Below, piece by piece: positions 35,211-47,669 of a stretch of DNA of 64,000 bases. The stretch covers positions 124,001 through 188,000 of the forward strand of contig JAVKOQ020000012.1 in the NCBI GenBank assembly GCA_031835245.2, read 5' to 3'. The stretch's first letter is position 1, and every line of letters starts with the position of its first letter. This DNA is from Balamuthia mandrillaris. Its lineage: Eukaryota. Both the position numbers and the translations under genes were made by a program. The notes below the pieces were generated by a model. It had not been told where the DNA came from, searched no databases, and saw only the letters and a list, made by a program, of their open reading frames with translations.

Positions 35211-38200
35211 ATGAATAGCTTTTCGATCATGGAAAGCAGTGTCATCAATGGGAAGGGTGAAGGCGACAGGGTGTCTTTGCTGCGGCAGGAGATCGATGGC
35301 CTCGAGAAGCAGCTGGACGTGGAGTTAGCCCAGCACAACAAACCTCGTGTGGAGGCACTCAAGAAAGAAATCGAAAAACTCAAGGAAGAGTACAGTCGTA
35401 CGTTTCGTTTCTCCTTTCCGTGTTTCTTTTTTTTAATTCTCCTGGTCTCTTGTACCTCCTCCTCTCGTCACTCTTCTGCTCGCTCACACCACCCGCTACT
35501 CCCTTACTGGCACATTTTTAGGCGCAATGTTCGACGCTGTGATGGGCGGTTCTTGGTCTCCAACACCTGCACCACGACCGCATGTGGCGACCTCATTGCC
35601 GGCCTCTCCTTTGAGCTCCTTCACGACGGCTCCTGCCTCAACTCCCAAACCAGCCATCCCTTCCACGCTCGCCACCCCAGCCAGGACGCCAGGAGGGAAG
35701 CGCCTCGCTAAGAGAACAAAGCGCGGTAAGAATTCTCTGTTCAAGTTTCCACCGAAAGAAAAGCCCAGCACCAGCGCCAGCACCACGCCTACTGCTTCTC
35801 AAAGCGAAGCGGAAACTGAAGCCTCACACGCACCCACCTCCTCTTCTTCTCAGAAAACGTTTGTTGAGCACGTGGTAGAGAATGTAACAGCAGTTGCAAC
35901 AGATAATGAGGCAGAAACTGCGCAGAAAGAGATCAACAAAGAATCGGTTGCTGCTCATGTACCAGCGTGTGGAAGCGAAATGGCATCACAAGAAAAGGCA
36001 AACCCAGAAGTCGTACCAGTAGAGGAAGTGGAACTGCAGAAGCAGCCGTCACCAGAACAGAGGGAAACAAACCTGTGGTCATCACCCACAGAAGAAGAGA
36101 AAGAGGAGAACAATGAAGAACAACGGCAAGAACAACAACCGCAAATCGATCTTGCGCCGATGGAGCAAGAAGACGTTGAAGCGGTGGAGCAGGTGAAGGA
36201 ACCTTCAATGCTCTCTGTGGAAACTGAACTCAAACAAACAGCCACATCCACAATCACGGTCACGAGGATCGAGGAAGTACCCGTACCTATTGGCAGCGGA
36301 GTAACCGCAGAACCTAGCGGGCACCCAATGATCGAGCTAACCTGCGAACAAACGTTTACGCCGTCACCAATCTCCTCTGATGAAAACCCACCTGACATGG
36401 AGAGCAAAGACGCAGTGACATTGCAACAGCTCGCGAGCGAAAACCAAGATCTTCGGAGGCGTACTGAGGAGATGCTCGCTGAACGGGGTTACTTCGAAAC
36501 GGAAAAAGCCAAACACGATTTGGAAGTGAAATCATTGAAGGAACACATTGACAGCCTTTCCCAACAGCTCGAGGAGCGACGAGCCAACTCTACAGAGGTG
36601 ATGCTTGAACGTGACGCTCAACTCGGCGCCTTGAAGAAGGAAGTAGAGGAGCTCACTAATCGATTGATAGACTTCAAGAACAGATCCACTAGATTAGAGG
36701 ACGAGTTGAAAAAGGAGAGAGCAGAATGGGCAGACGAGAAAAAGACGCTTCTCTCTGAAATCAAAATGTTGGAGGAGAGTCAACGAGAGAATGGAGAGCA
36801 GATCTCGACGCTATGTTTTGAGAACGTGGAGAAGGAGAAGGAAGCCTCCCGTTGGGAGGGTACTGCAAAGCAAGCTATTGAAGAGTTGGAGAGTTGGAAG
36901 ACACGTTTCCTTCGTTTGGAAGAAGAGTACCGCCAAAAAGAGCTTGAGGCCGCACAACAGTCTCCCCACCAAAAAGAAGCGGAGTTGGAGCAAACGTTGG
37001 CAAAGCTTGAGAAAATGCTTCAACAAAACCTGAACGATGCTCAGGCCCAACGCGCTTCTTTGGAGGCTTCTCTCGAACGGTCCAACGACGAGCTCAACAA
37101 CTTGCGTTTGAAGCGGGAAACTCTGCAACTCCAACTTACTGAAACCAGCCAAAAATACGAACAGGAACGACAGAAGGTTCAACACAAAGCTCAGAAAGCT
37201 CAAGAGTACCTTCAAGAGTTGGAAGCTCTGCGCAAGGGCCAACAGGCCAAAGAGAAGGAGGTGTTGAGAGCAACAGAAAAAGCAGCTGCATTAGAACGAG
37301 AGTTGGCCAGAGAGAGAATGGAAGAAGGGGTGGGCTCTCGATTCCGCTCTATTCTTGAAGAGAACCTTATAGCGCAGAGCGAGATGATGTATGCACGCTT
37401 CGAAGTGGTGAGTCAAGAATTGGTGGAAATGCATAAAAGGTTTGATTGGCTGGAGAAAGATGCTGTGAGGAAGGATTTGGCGGAGGCGCAAAACGAGGCG
37501 CAAAGGCAAAAGGCCAAAGCAGCGGAGCGAAAGAGGCAGTTACAGAAAATGGAGCCTTTTATCAAGAAGTTGCAACGTAGTTTGGAAGAAGCAGAACAAC
37601 ATGAACAAGAAGCGGAAGCAGAAGAGGAGAAGAAAGGAAGAGAAGATATAACGGACGAAAGTGAAGAGCCAGCCGTAACAGAAAAAGAAGAACCAAATAA
37701 GACGAAAACGAGAGTGAAATCGAAATCTGTTGCAACCACAAAAGAAGCTGCTCCATCTACAGCCAGCAAAAGAGCAGCCAAAAGAGGAACCGCCACTTCA
37801 ACAACAAAAACCACAAAGACGGAACCAGATGCAGAAGCCAAAAGCAAGCCACTTTCAACACAACCCGAGAAAGATCCTTCTCCTCATCGTCAACAACCAC
37901 CCCCTCCTTCGACTACAGGGACCGCTGTGGAAAAAGAAGAACGCAGCTCCTCTTCTGCGTCAAAGAACACTGGCAACTCCAACGATGACTCCATCATTGT
38001 CGAAGACGACAGTGACTGGGGCACCACTTCCTCAGCTGCCACCGAACCAGACCACACCATCATCGATCCTCTCTTAGATCCTGCTCCTCGTTCATCTACT
38101 CGTGCCTCTTCCACTTCACCGTCCTCTCTCCTTCGTTCCCCCTCCAAACGCATTCATACCCACAAAAAGGTAATCTACTTCTCCGGTTTCAAGCCTGACG

Positions 38201-39347
38201 ACCCCATATATAATCACCGCATGAAGGAGAGCTTAGCCACCGCCAGCCTCAAACTCGGAGGGGCTGAGGTTCGCTGGGACGCCGAGTTTGACACGCAGAT
38301 CACCCACGTAATCGCCCCTCCCGACAGTCGCACGATGAAGACCCTCGCTGCAGCGCTAACCGGGAGGTGGCTAATGGCTCCCGAGTGGGTGTTGGACAGC
38401 CAGAGGGAGGGCAGGTGGTTGGAGGAGAAAAGCTATGGCACGTGCTATGCGGAGAGACCGTTTGCATTAAAGAGGTTCTATATGGCACCGTCCTTTAGGA
38501 AGGAGAATGAGAAGAAGAACCATAAGCTTAGTAACGCGCATACTCTGATTGTTAAGGTCAGTTTCTCTCTCTTTCTCTCTCTTTCTCACCCGCTCTCCTC
38601 TCTTAACGTACAAACTTCAAATAAAAGCTTGGACGTGGGACAGTGGTTACAAAGCCAGAAAACGTTGACTTCACTTTAGTGGCCACCAACAACCAAAATG
38701 CCTCCGAGGTGCACGGCATCCCCGTAACCTGGGCTCAATTCGTCAACATGATCCCCGGCGCCACTGCTTCTCCCCCTCCTCCTGCTTCTTCTTCCGCAAC
38801 AACCTCAACCAATCCAACTTTAACTTCTGTCAATGAAGCTCAACAACAACCATCAGGTCTACATATCATTCCAACGGCAATGGAAGAAACGACCGCGGGC
38901 GGAGGTGGAGGACGTGGACGGAAACGAAAGAGCTCCTTGTCGTCTCCCTCTTCTTCTCAAGAGGAAACCAAGGCGAGCACGACGAAGAAGAAGAAAATGA
39001 AAGTTGGGGAACATCCAGGAGAAGAAGAAAAGGAAGCAGAAGAGAGTGAACCTTTAACCCAACAGCAACAACAACAACCATCCAAGACAACAAAAACAAA
39101 AGCAACAACAACGGGCCGAAAGAAGAAACCAACAACAACAACTAAAACGGCACGACGAGCCATGTCGGAACAGGAGGAAGACGAAGGAGATGACAAAGAT
39201 GAAGGGGAGGAAATAACCAGCAGCTCCTCCCAAAAAACAACCTCCTCCTCCTCCTCCTCGCGTGGCACGGCAGCACGCGGCGCCAAAAGGCCAGCCAAAC
39301 GAACCGCAGCGAAACGGCAGGCCGGCCGAAGAGGTGTCGACAGCTAA
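35211..39347 (+). CDS. Large coiled-coil protein with C-terminal BRCT domain(s)
   Basis: 1050-aa ORF with a long heptad E/K/Q/L region; VIYFSGF..ITHVIA...RTMKTLAAALTGRWLMAPEWVLDS..GRWLEEKSY is BRCT-like; basic low-complexity tail. Confidence 0.8.
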
Positions 39348-39532
39348 TTCATTAATTTGGACCAATCGGAAGTTGAGCGAATTACTATGATAATGAAGTG
39401 GAGGTTTTTTTTTAAATGCACTATAAATAATAATATAGAAAATTCCCGTGGGTAGTTTCGTTTACGAACTGCGAACAACGAACAAACGGTTGAAACGCGG
39501 GACAAAGGACAGAGAACGTGGCAGCAGCAGAA

Positions 39533-40827
39533 ATGGGAGGAGGAAGAGCGTTCTGTTTGTTTGCATTGTTGGTGGTGGCGGCTCAGGGAGTGATCGGCAT
39601 TTCTATTCCGGTCACGGAGGATGTTATAGCTCCTTTGCCGACGCTTGCTCCCGCTGACGGCGGCCGAAAAGGCGATATGGTTCCTGTTGAAGTATACGCC
39701 CGTTCTTTTCTTCCTGGCTGTATGTTGTGAGCTTTTAGAACACCGTCTTTACTCTGGTTGCTTTAAAACTTCTTTTTCTTATTTTTACTTTTAAAAATTC
39801 AACAGGGGGCATTGAAGATGCCGAGGTCCGAGTGTTGGAGATGCCGGACATTGTGTTGAAGACAAAGAAAGGCGGTCTCACTTCTTTCATGGCTCCCGTT
39901 GGCTCCAATATTACCCTGGTGCTTACCAAGTGGAGTTATCATTCTGTTCAGGTTCGTTTTCTCTCTTCTTTCTCTTCATCGTTCTCTTCTCTTCTCTTAG
40001 CTTCTCTCGCACTCCTCTTCTCTGTTTCTTCTTTTCAGTTTCCTATTGTGCGGTAATTTTTTTTCTAACAAGAAAACCATATATCTTTCAAACTACACAC
40101 GCCATTACAGACGAGCACCGTGACCGTGCCTCCGGGAGGACTTACCGGAAAGCAAAAGCAAATGACATTGCAGGTGCCTGACAAGCTGACCTTCTTTTTC
40201 TTGCAGCAAGCATTGCCCGACAAACTCAACAATAAGATGTGTCATATTGCTGCTACCGTTGCTGCCAAGAATAAGGTTTGTTGGATTCTTTTTCTTTTTC
40301 TTTTTCTTTTTCTTGTTTTTGCTAAAGAGTTTTTGACTTGTTTTTCTTCTTCCTTTCGAAAGACTCTATTTGATGATGAACAAGGCGAAGTCAACTCCAC
40401 TGTAAGTCTCGTGCCTACGCCTTCTAACTCGCCAAAGCCTTTTTACTTTGGTATCTTCATGGGTATCTTCCCTCTCTCCCTCTCCCGCTTCCTTTCCCTT
40501 CCGCTCTTCTTCCCGCTAACCACCATTTCTGCTTTGCAAACGAAAAGGTAAAACCAATCCGTTCATTTGGAATCTGAATGCAACATCGGCGGATGGCGGT
40601 ATCTTGTTCTTTAACGTGCCACCAGGGTTCGTTCTTCTCTCTGCTATTTCTCTCTTTCAAAAAGTATTCATCATCTCATGCACACAACAAACAAAAAAAA
40701 AAAAAGAGAGTACAAACTGATGGCGCAGAAAGAAGGAGTGGTGTTCAACGATCCTCCCTACTCCGTCATCAAATGCACCGAAGGTTCCTTCATCAACGCT
40801 TCTCCTCCTTGGGGTCCTCGTGTGTAA
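39533..40827 (+). CDS. Predicted secreted protein, beta-rich (carboxypeptidase-regulatory-like domain suspected)
   Basis: Signal-peptide-like AFCLFALLVVAAQG; spliced exons give IEDAEVRVLE..TKKGG, CHIAATVAA, PFYFGIF, TSADGGILFFNVPP, FINASPPWGPRV*. Confidence 0.65.
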
Positions 40828-40875
40828 TAATAATTTTTTGCTTATTTCTTTCTGAAATAAATAAATAACATCCAA

Positions 40876-40928
<53 letters not shown>

Positions 40929-40944
40929 AAAGCAAACAAATATT

Positions 40945-43130
40945 TCAAGCCATGGAAGAGGTCAACTCTTTGAGTTCCAATCTATCCACTTCGTTCGTCG
41001 CATCTTCTTCTCCTGCAATCTCATCCAAAGACTTGCCTCTTGTCTCGGTCACGCAAAGCACCGTCAACACAGCTCCTATCAACGCCACAACGCCACATAT
41101 CGCAAACACTGTTCGCAAGCCATACGCTTCCATCACTGGTGCCAATGCAGCTATTTATTTATTTTGGTTACTTCTTGAAGGAAGGAAGGAAGGAAGGAAG
41201 GAAGGAAGGAAGGAAGGAAGGAAGGAAGGAAGGAAGGAAGGAAGGAGAAGGAAGGAAGGAAGGAAGGAAGGAAGGAAGGAAGGAAGGAAGGAAACGACAA
41301 CAAAGAAAGAAACAACGAAAGAATGAAAGAGGAGAGAGAGAAACGTACCAGAACCTAGGGCAGCTCCAAGTTTGCCAGCAGCAGCAGAGACGCCGTGGCA
41401 AGTAGCCCTGACCTTTGTCGGGAAGCTCTCCGCCGCGAGGACATAGGTGGTAGTGTTGGGTCCCACGTTCGTGAAAAAGAATGAGACCGCATACAAAGAG
41501 AAGAAGAGAACATCGCTGCTGGAGACCTGCTTATAGGCAATTGCAATGATGAAGTAGACGGCAGACAAGCACAAGAAGCCTATCCATTGCAACCGCTTTC
41601 TTCCAAAGAAACTCGTCTCGATGAGATAGACAGCGCACCAATAGCCAGGAATGGCTATAGCAGTCAAGACCACATTAAAGCGAGCCACTTGGATGACCTC
41701 GCCATGAGTCATGGCTGCATCTTCGTCTTGACCCAAACCGTATTCCTTGAGGATGGAGGAGGAGAAGAGGGCGTTGGCATAAAAGGTCACGTCGAGGAGG
41801 AACCATGTTCCTGCGGTACCCAAGAGTCGTCGCCAATAGCGACGCACCAAGGACATGTACTCGCCTTTGCTCATCTTAGGAGAGGAGGAGGTTATGGATG
41901 AGGATGAGAGAGTAGACTCTGGGTGGTGATAGGAGGAGCTCTGACGTTGGTGGCGTTGGAAATGAGATGTCTCTTCCATCTTCAACCTGTATTTGTTAAA
42001 ATCGATGCTTTGCGGTTAACGTTTTCCCTCCAAGAAAAACAAGAAGAGAGACCAACCTGAAGTAAAAGATAAGAAGGCCAGGAATAGCTCCAACGGCAAT
42101 GCTCAGACGCCACGCCCACTCATGCCCATCTGCTCCCAATATTACTATCAAGAGGTAGGCTACCAACGCGGCAGAGCAAGCGCCAATGCCTTGCATGCTG
42201 AACACTGCTGCCGTCAATCGTCCTCGTTGATGAGTCTCAGAGGACTCGGCGGTGATAGTGGCAGAGAGAGGGTACTCTCCTCCGATGCCGATGCCCAGCA
42301 GGAAGCGGCAGATGGCCAGCAAGGAGTAGAGAGGGAGGAGGCTCGTGTCAACGACACATGCGCTGATAAGGGTGAAGCTGATTACCAAGGAGAGAGTTAT
42401 CACGAAACCCTTTTTTCTGCCGATCTGTTAAGTTCAGAGGCAGTATAAAGTTAGGAGAGGCAGAAGAGCAACATGAGAAAAGAGTCAAGTCAAGCACGCG
42501 AGATGAGAAAACGAAACAAAGAGAGGAGAAGCAGAGAAGAGAGAACCTTATCAGCAAGAAAACCAAAAAGCAATTGACCACAGAGAGCGCCGACCAGAAC
42601 GGCGCTGCTGATGAGGGACTTGTTGGAGGGCGTGAGCTCATACAGGGTCGACAGCAGCACCAAAACCAGATTGATCACAAACCTGTTTTGAATTTCAAAT
42701 CCAATCACAGAGATGGTTTTTCAGAGATTAAAAATCTCTCTCCACAAAACAAGATTTTGTTGAAATGAGCAAAAAAAAAAAAAAAAGGTGCTACGCACAA
42801 GTCATAAGCGTCAGAGAAGAAGCCAACCCCAGAGACAGCGATCGTCTTCAAGGTGGACCGCCAGTTGAATCTGCCACCGGCCCCTCCAATGCCCGAGGAC
42901 AGCTGGTCAATCTCTCCTTGCAAGGGGATCTCGTAGTCGAGGCCCTCCTCCTCTTCCTCCGCCAACAATTCCTCATCCAAGGTTTTATGCCCCTCTGACT
43001 CGTCGTCGTCCTCGTCGTCTTGGTCGGTGTCGGTGGTGGACAACCTATCCGGCGGCTGTGGGGGAAGCTCCTCCTCCTCTGCGGAAGAACTGCCCTCCCC
43101 TTCCGAGGCGTACAGCTGCACTGGTTCCAT
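40945..43130 (-). CDS. MFS inorganic phosphate:H+ symporter (PHO84/PHT1 family)
   Basis: GVGFFSDAYDL, RFLLGIGIGGEYPLSATITAE, RGRLTAAVFSMQGIG, WFLLDVTFY, GPNTTTYVLAAESFPTKVRATCHGVSAAAGKLGA. Confidence 0.93.
41178..41292. repeat. (GGAA)n tetranucleotide microsatellite, intronic
   Basis: Directly visible. Confidence 0.95.
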
Positions 43131-43604
43131 CTTTGTTTGAGAAAGATTTCTTTTTCTTTTTTTTTATGTTCACTTTTTCTTTGGATTATTCTTGCTTAAA
43201 TCGAATAATTGATCTTTTTATGGACAATTTTCGAGAATTATTCAGCCGAAGGGTAAGGCGGATGACGTCATAAATGCAGGTCAAATCGATGTCAATTACT
43301 GCTGTATGAAATTTAGTTATTCATGTCGACACGAAGAATCCCCCAGCAATGAAGCGAGAACAGCTGCCGTGTTGTTGTTGCTGGAAGGTGTTATCGGTCA
43401 TCGCCTTGTTGCTCGTCGTCAATGCTGCGATGGTAGCCGATAATGACACGCAAATGATGACATAAAGATCATGAAAGTGAGGAGGAGAATATGGTATGAC
43501 AAAATGGCACGAATGTGTTAAAGCCTGTGTGGAACAAACAAAATGAAAAAAAGGGTTCTCTACTCTCCTCTTTTCTCTTTCTCTATGTCTTTTGTTTCGT
43601 TCTT

Positions 43605-44290
43605 CTATTCCGTTATTTGCGTCGGTCGGCTCGCACTAAGAGACGCTATGTTAGCAGCAAGAAGAGAGAAGAGAGAAGAGAGAAGAGAGAAGAGAGAAGA
43701 GAGAAGAGAGAAGAGAGAAGAGAGAAGAGAGAAGAGAGAAGAGAGAAGAGAGAAGGAGAATGGCTGCAATATGAACCTCTGTCTCTGACTTCTTTCATTA
43801 ACCGAAAGATCTCAGGGTCCTTAGGAGCTAATTCGACAGCCTTCTCTAGCGCCTCCAACGCTGCTTCGTGTTGCAGCAGTTCCTTCAGCGCACATCCTTT
43901 CCGATAGTACCCCTTTTTGTTTTTTTTTGTCAATAAAAACATGTGGCTCCTCGCTTCTCTTCCTCTTCTTCGCTCTCTTCGCTCTGATCGCTTGGCCTCT
44001 CTTTTGACTGCGTTCACTTCTCTTCTTCTCTCGCTCTCCTTTTCTGCTCTCTCCTCTACTCCGTTCTCGTTCTCTCCTTCCTTCTCCTCCCTGCTCGCCT
44101 CAACGTCAAGAAGGTGTGAGGTGAGACGGTGTCACTTACTTTGGCCCATTCCGGCTGTAACTTGATGCACATCTCTGCGTCTTCCAGAGCTTTGTGGTCT
44201 TTGTTCATCTTCATGAAGGCCGCTGCCCGGTTACTATTTATGTGTGTGTTATTGATTTTTCGTTGCAATCATTTGTCCGATCGAAACAGA

Positions 44291-44338
<48 letters not shown>

Positions 44339-44522
44339 GAAATAATAACCTGTAGAGAAAATGATTGGTGGGATCTTCTTTGATGCCGTTGGTGTAGTTC
44401 TTGATGGCGAGCCCCCACTTCCCATTCTTGAAATAGTTGTTGCCGAGCTCCTTCCAGTCCGTGTCCTCTTGGTTGGCGGTGGCGGGGGTCGTCGCTTCCG
44501 CTGTTTGTTGTGTGTCGCTCAT
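43605..44522 (-). CDS. Small three-TPR protein (STI1/HOP TPR1-like; 3' end approximate)
   Basis: WKELGNNYFKNGKW..AIKNYT.GI..DPTNHFLY/SNRAAAF....ALEDAE.CIKLQPEWAK/GYYRKG carries the carboxylate-clamp residues. Confidence 0.88.
43660..43755. repeat. (GAGAA)n pentanucleotide microsatellite, intronic
   Basis: Directly visible. Confidence 0.95.
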
Positions 44523-44567
44523 CTCTCTCTTTTTTTTTCTCTAATTTTTTTCTTGTCGACATTAATT

Positions 44568-44608
<41 letters not shown>

Positions 44609-44609
44609 A

Positions 44610-44655
<46 letters not shown>

Positions 44656-44819
44656 CTTTCTCTAGCTCTCTGTCATCTCTCGTTCTCTTCGCTGCCCCCC
44701 AGTTCTCTCCTCTCTGTTCTCCCTTTTCTCTGTTCTCCCTCTTCTGCCTGGCGCGAAAGCGACGGATGGGCGAACGGAAGCAGGGCATAACACAAAACCA
44801 TCTTTGTTTGAAAGGAGCA

Positions 44820-47669
44820 TCAACGCCTCCTGGAGTAATGCTTGTTCTTTTTCTGCTTTTCCTCCTCCTCTTCTTCTGGCTCACTGTCAGCAGCGTGAAT
44901 CTCCCAGTCCTTGCAATAAAAGCCCCACGTTTTGGTCAACTTTGGGTTGATGTCGTTCAAAAAGGGAGAGCCATCATCCGCGTACTCCTCCCTGACCTCG
45001 GGCACAGGCACTCGGCGAGAGAGATCCACGCGAACCATCCAATCGTTGCGGAAAAAGTCCAAAGAGAGATGGAAGCCCGCCTCGCACTCGTGAAACTGGA
45101 TGGGAGGTACCACCAACAACGGAGCTGGCACCTTGGTGGCGGTGAAGATAAAGTCAGGAGGTGTCTCCTCGCAGTTCCAGCAGGCAGCAAAGTTGATGGG
45201 TCGCCAAGAGTCTCTGGCTTTTCCCTCTTGCACAACGTAGATTTTGTCCGAGTCGATGAAGATGAGGTCCTCATCGAGGGTCAGCTGCTTGTCCAAGAAC
45301 ATCACAGGAGCGCTCAACAGCTTCCTTCGCGTGTACTCCGCACATTGCGTGTAGAGCATGAACACATCTTCGCACTTTAGAGAGATAAAGCCCTCGCCGC
45401 TTTCTTCCTCCCAATCAAAACAGTGAAAGGGGCAGCAATGTTCCAACGGGGTTTCAAACTGCTGCGCATGGTCCTCCAGCCACTGCAGCTTTTCGTTCTT
45501 GCCCATTCGCGCGAACAACGTCCCTTTATCTTTGGCTTTTTCTTGCTGTTGCGAGCGGTGCTTGTGGAGGTGGTCCCACACCCATTCCCAGCTCTTCTCT
45601 CGGTGCACAGAAAGGGTCTTGCACAGAGCTCGAAAGGGTGTCTTTTTTCGTTGTTGGGGAGTCACTTTGCAGTTGAAGTAGTCCAACAAGGCCACAATCG
45701 CGCCCGTCTTCAAGTGGCTCTCTTTTCTCTGGCGCTCCTTTTCCATGCTCTCCCCGTCTCCTCCTCCTTCGCCCCAAAGGAACCAATAGTCGAATCCGTT
45801 GGTAACAAAGTCTTGTGCTCCGAATCTCTTGTGAAGGAAAACTGGCAACTCGCATTCGTCCTCTTCTTTTTCGTTCGAAGAGAGGTCTTTGCCCCAATGC
45901 ATGGCGTTGGCTCGTTCATAGCATTGATGGGCGAAGGAGGACAGTTCCTTTTGAAACACGCTTTGTCCAGTCATGTAACATGCTTTGCTGAACAGAGCGG
46001 CTATCTCGGGTTCGCGTTCCATTTTCTTCACTTCAAAGATGAGCTCCGTTCGCAGAAACACTTTCTCATTGTGCAAGAATGGTCGCCCTTCGTGTCGGTA
46101 ATCCTGTCGAAACAGCACGCACGTCATCTCCTCCAACTCCTTGATATCTATAACATTTCTCCCTGCTTCTTTCTGTTCTTCTTCGCCATGGCCTTCGGGC
46201 ATGATGCGAAGAGCAGCAGGTTCGGCAGTGCCTCCCGCCAGGTAGATAAGGAGGGTGTACTTGGAGATATGCTGGCGAGAGGCATCATAGTAAGGTGTAT
46301 CCAAGTGACTCTCGAACTTGGCATCCGTGGGGAGGAAGCGGTTGCATCGAAAGACTGAATTCACACAGACAAACTTGTCCCTCCCACCGTAATTGTTGGT
46401 CGAGTTCTCCAGGTGTGGAAGGATGTGGGCAGAGCGAATGCAGTCGGTAAGAGCTTTGCTGAGATGAGCAGAGTGGAAGATAAGGCGAGTGCCTCCACGA
46501 GTGGAGGAGTTCAGAGGGGCCACATGAAGCGCAGAGTGCATGTCCATGAGGTCCTTGAGGAGTTGGCATGAGTGGTCTTCTCCTGCTCCTCGCAAGCGGA
46601 AGAGGAAGACATCATGCTTGTTGTTGGGTTGTCTCTGTTCCGTTAATTCGAAATGGAGTTGCGGCTCTTCTTCTTTTTCATTAATTGCTCCTCTTTCGTC
46701 ATCTCGGTTATTCTTTGCTGCTTCTTCTTTTTCTTCTTTTTCTTCTTCTTCTTCTTCTTTTTCTTTTTCTTCTTCTTCTTCTTCTTCTTCTTCTTCTTCT
46801 TCGTCTTCTTCTTCTTCCTCCTCCTCCTCCTCTTCACCACCTTCTCCTTCTTCCTCCTTCTCTTCCTCTTGTTCGTGTAGCTGAAGTTCCTTACATTTGT
46901 TGATCTCTTCCATTAGAACTCTGTCACCGGTGCCTTTCCGCTTGAAGTATCTGCGTTCCAACACGCCATCCAAAGAGATGATGTTCTCAAAGTTGTGATA
47001 TGACAGCTCTTCCCCATCCACAAATACAGCAAACAGTCTGCTCTCCTTGCTCGCTTCCTCCTGCCCCTCCTCTCCTCCGCCACCTCCCCCGGTCATTTGG
47101 GCAAAGTACCGCGTCCATTCTTCTCCCAAACTGCCATCCAAGTGTTCCACAAACTTCACCACTTTGTTCCGTTTGGAAGGATGGAAGAGCAGCTGCATGC
47201 CTTGCGCCTCCACCGACAACGTGCTCTCTTCCACCACCTCCACCATCTCCCGAAACAGCTGCACTTCGCTCTGGTCGAGCAGGTTGCGGGAGGCGGCAAA
47301 GAACAGGTCCCTCAACCCCACTCCCACCACGCGTTTCTCCTCCTCACTCAGCTCCTGGAACAGCCTCTTGTCCGCCACCACCTGCCGTAAGAAGGGCAAG
47401 CAACGCAGCCTAGCCCCTTTGTTCTCGGGTTGGTAGCCGTCGGGATGGTCATCAAAGACCAAAGGATGCAGCTGACCACAAAGCAGGAAGCCATGCACAA
47501 CATTGCGAAGGAAGAGCTGGTCTTGGCGCTCCGTTTCGCTGAGCAGGCACGTAACTTTGGTCTCGTCCCAGGAAACGGAGCCATCCTCCGCCACACGGCA
47601 CCACCTGGCCGTGGGTTGTTGTTTGTCCTTCCCTCCGTAGAAGCAGGTTCGTGCCCGTTTCGCCTGCAT
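44820..47669 (-). CDS. 2OG-Fe(II) oxygenase-domain protein, intronless, ~950 aa with poly-Glu tract
   Basis: VNSVFRCNRF...FESHLDTPYYD (HxD)...YTLLIYLAGG...CVLFRQDYRHEG (distal H)...KVFLRTELIF (2OG-binding R). Confidence 0.78.
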   Translation of the reverse strand: MQAKRARTCFYGGKDKQQPTARWCRVAEDGSVSWDETKVTCLLSETERQDQLFLRNVVHGFLLCGQLHPLVFDDHPDGYQPENKGARLRCLPFLRQVVADKRLFQELSEEEKRVVGVGLRDLFFAASRNLLDQSEVQLFREMVEVVEESTLSVEAQGMQLLFHPSKRNKVVKFVEHLDGSLGEEWTRYFAQMTGGGGGGEEGQEEASKESRLFAVFVDGEELSYHNFENIISLDGVLERRYFKRKGTGDRVLMEEINKCKELQLHEQEEEKEEEGEGGEEEEEEEEEEDEEEEEEEEEEEEKEKEEEEEEKEEKEEAAKNNRDDERGAINEKEEEPQLHFELTEQRQPNNKHDVFLFRLRGAGEDHSCQLLKDLMDMHSALHVAPLNSSTRGGTRLIFHSAHLSKALTDCIRSAHILPHLENSTNNYGGRDKFVCVNSVFRCNRFLPTDAKFESHLDTPYYDASRQHISKYTLLIYLAGGTAEPAALRIMPEGHGEEEQKEAGRNVIDIKELEEMTCVLFRQDYRHEGRPFLHNEKVFLRTELIFEVKKMEREPEIAALFSKACYMTGQSVFQKELSSFAHQCYERANAMHWGKDLSSNEKEEDECELPVFLHKRFGAQDFVTNGFDYWFLWGEGGGDGESMEKERQRKESHLKTGAIVALLDYFNCKVTPQQRKKTPFRALCKTLSVHREKSWEWVWDHLHKHRSQQQEKAKDKGTLFARMGKNEKLQWLEDHAQQFETPLEHCCPFHCFDWEEESGEGFISLKCEDVFMLYTQCAEYTRRKLLSAPVMFLDKQLTLDEDLIFIDSDKIYVVQEGKARDSWRPINFAACWNCEETPPDFIFTATKVPAPLLVVPPIQFHECEAGFHLSLDFFRNDWMVRVDLSRRVPVPEVREEYADDGSPFLNDINPKLTKTWGFYCKDWEIHAADSEPEEEEEEKQKKNKHYSRRR

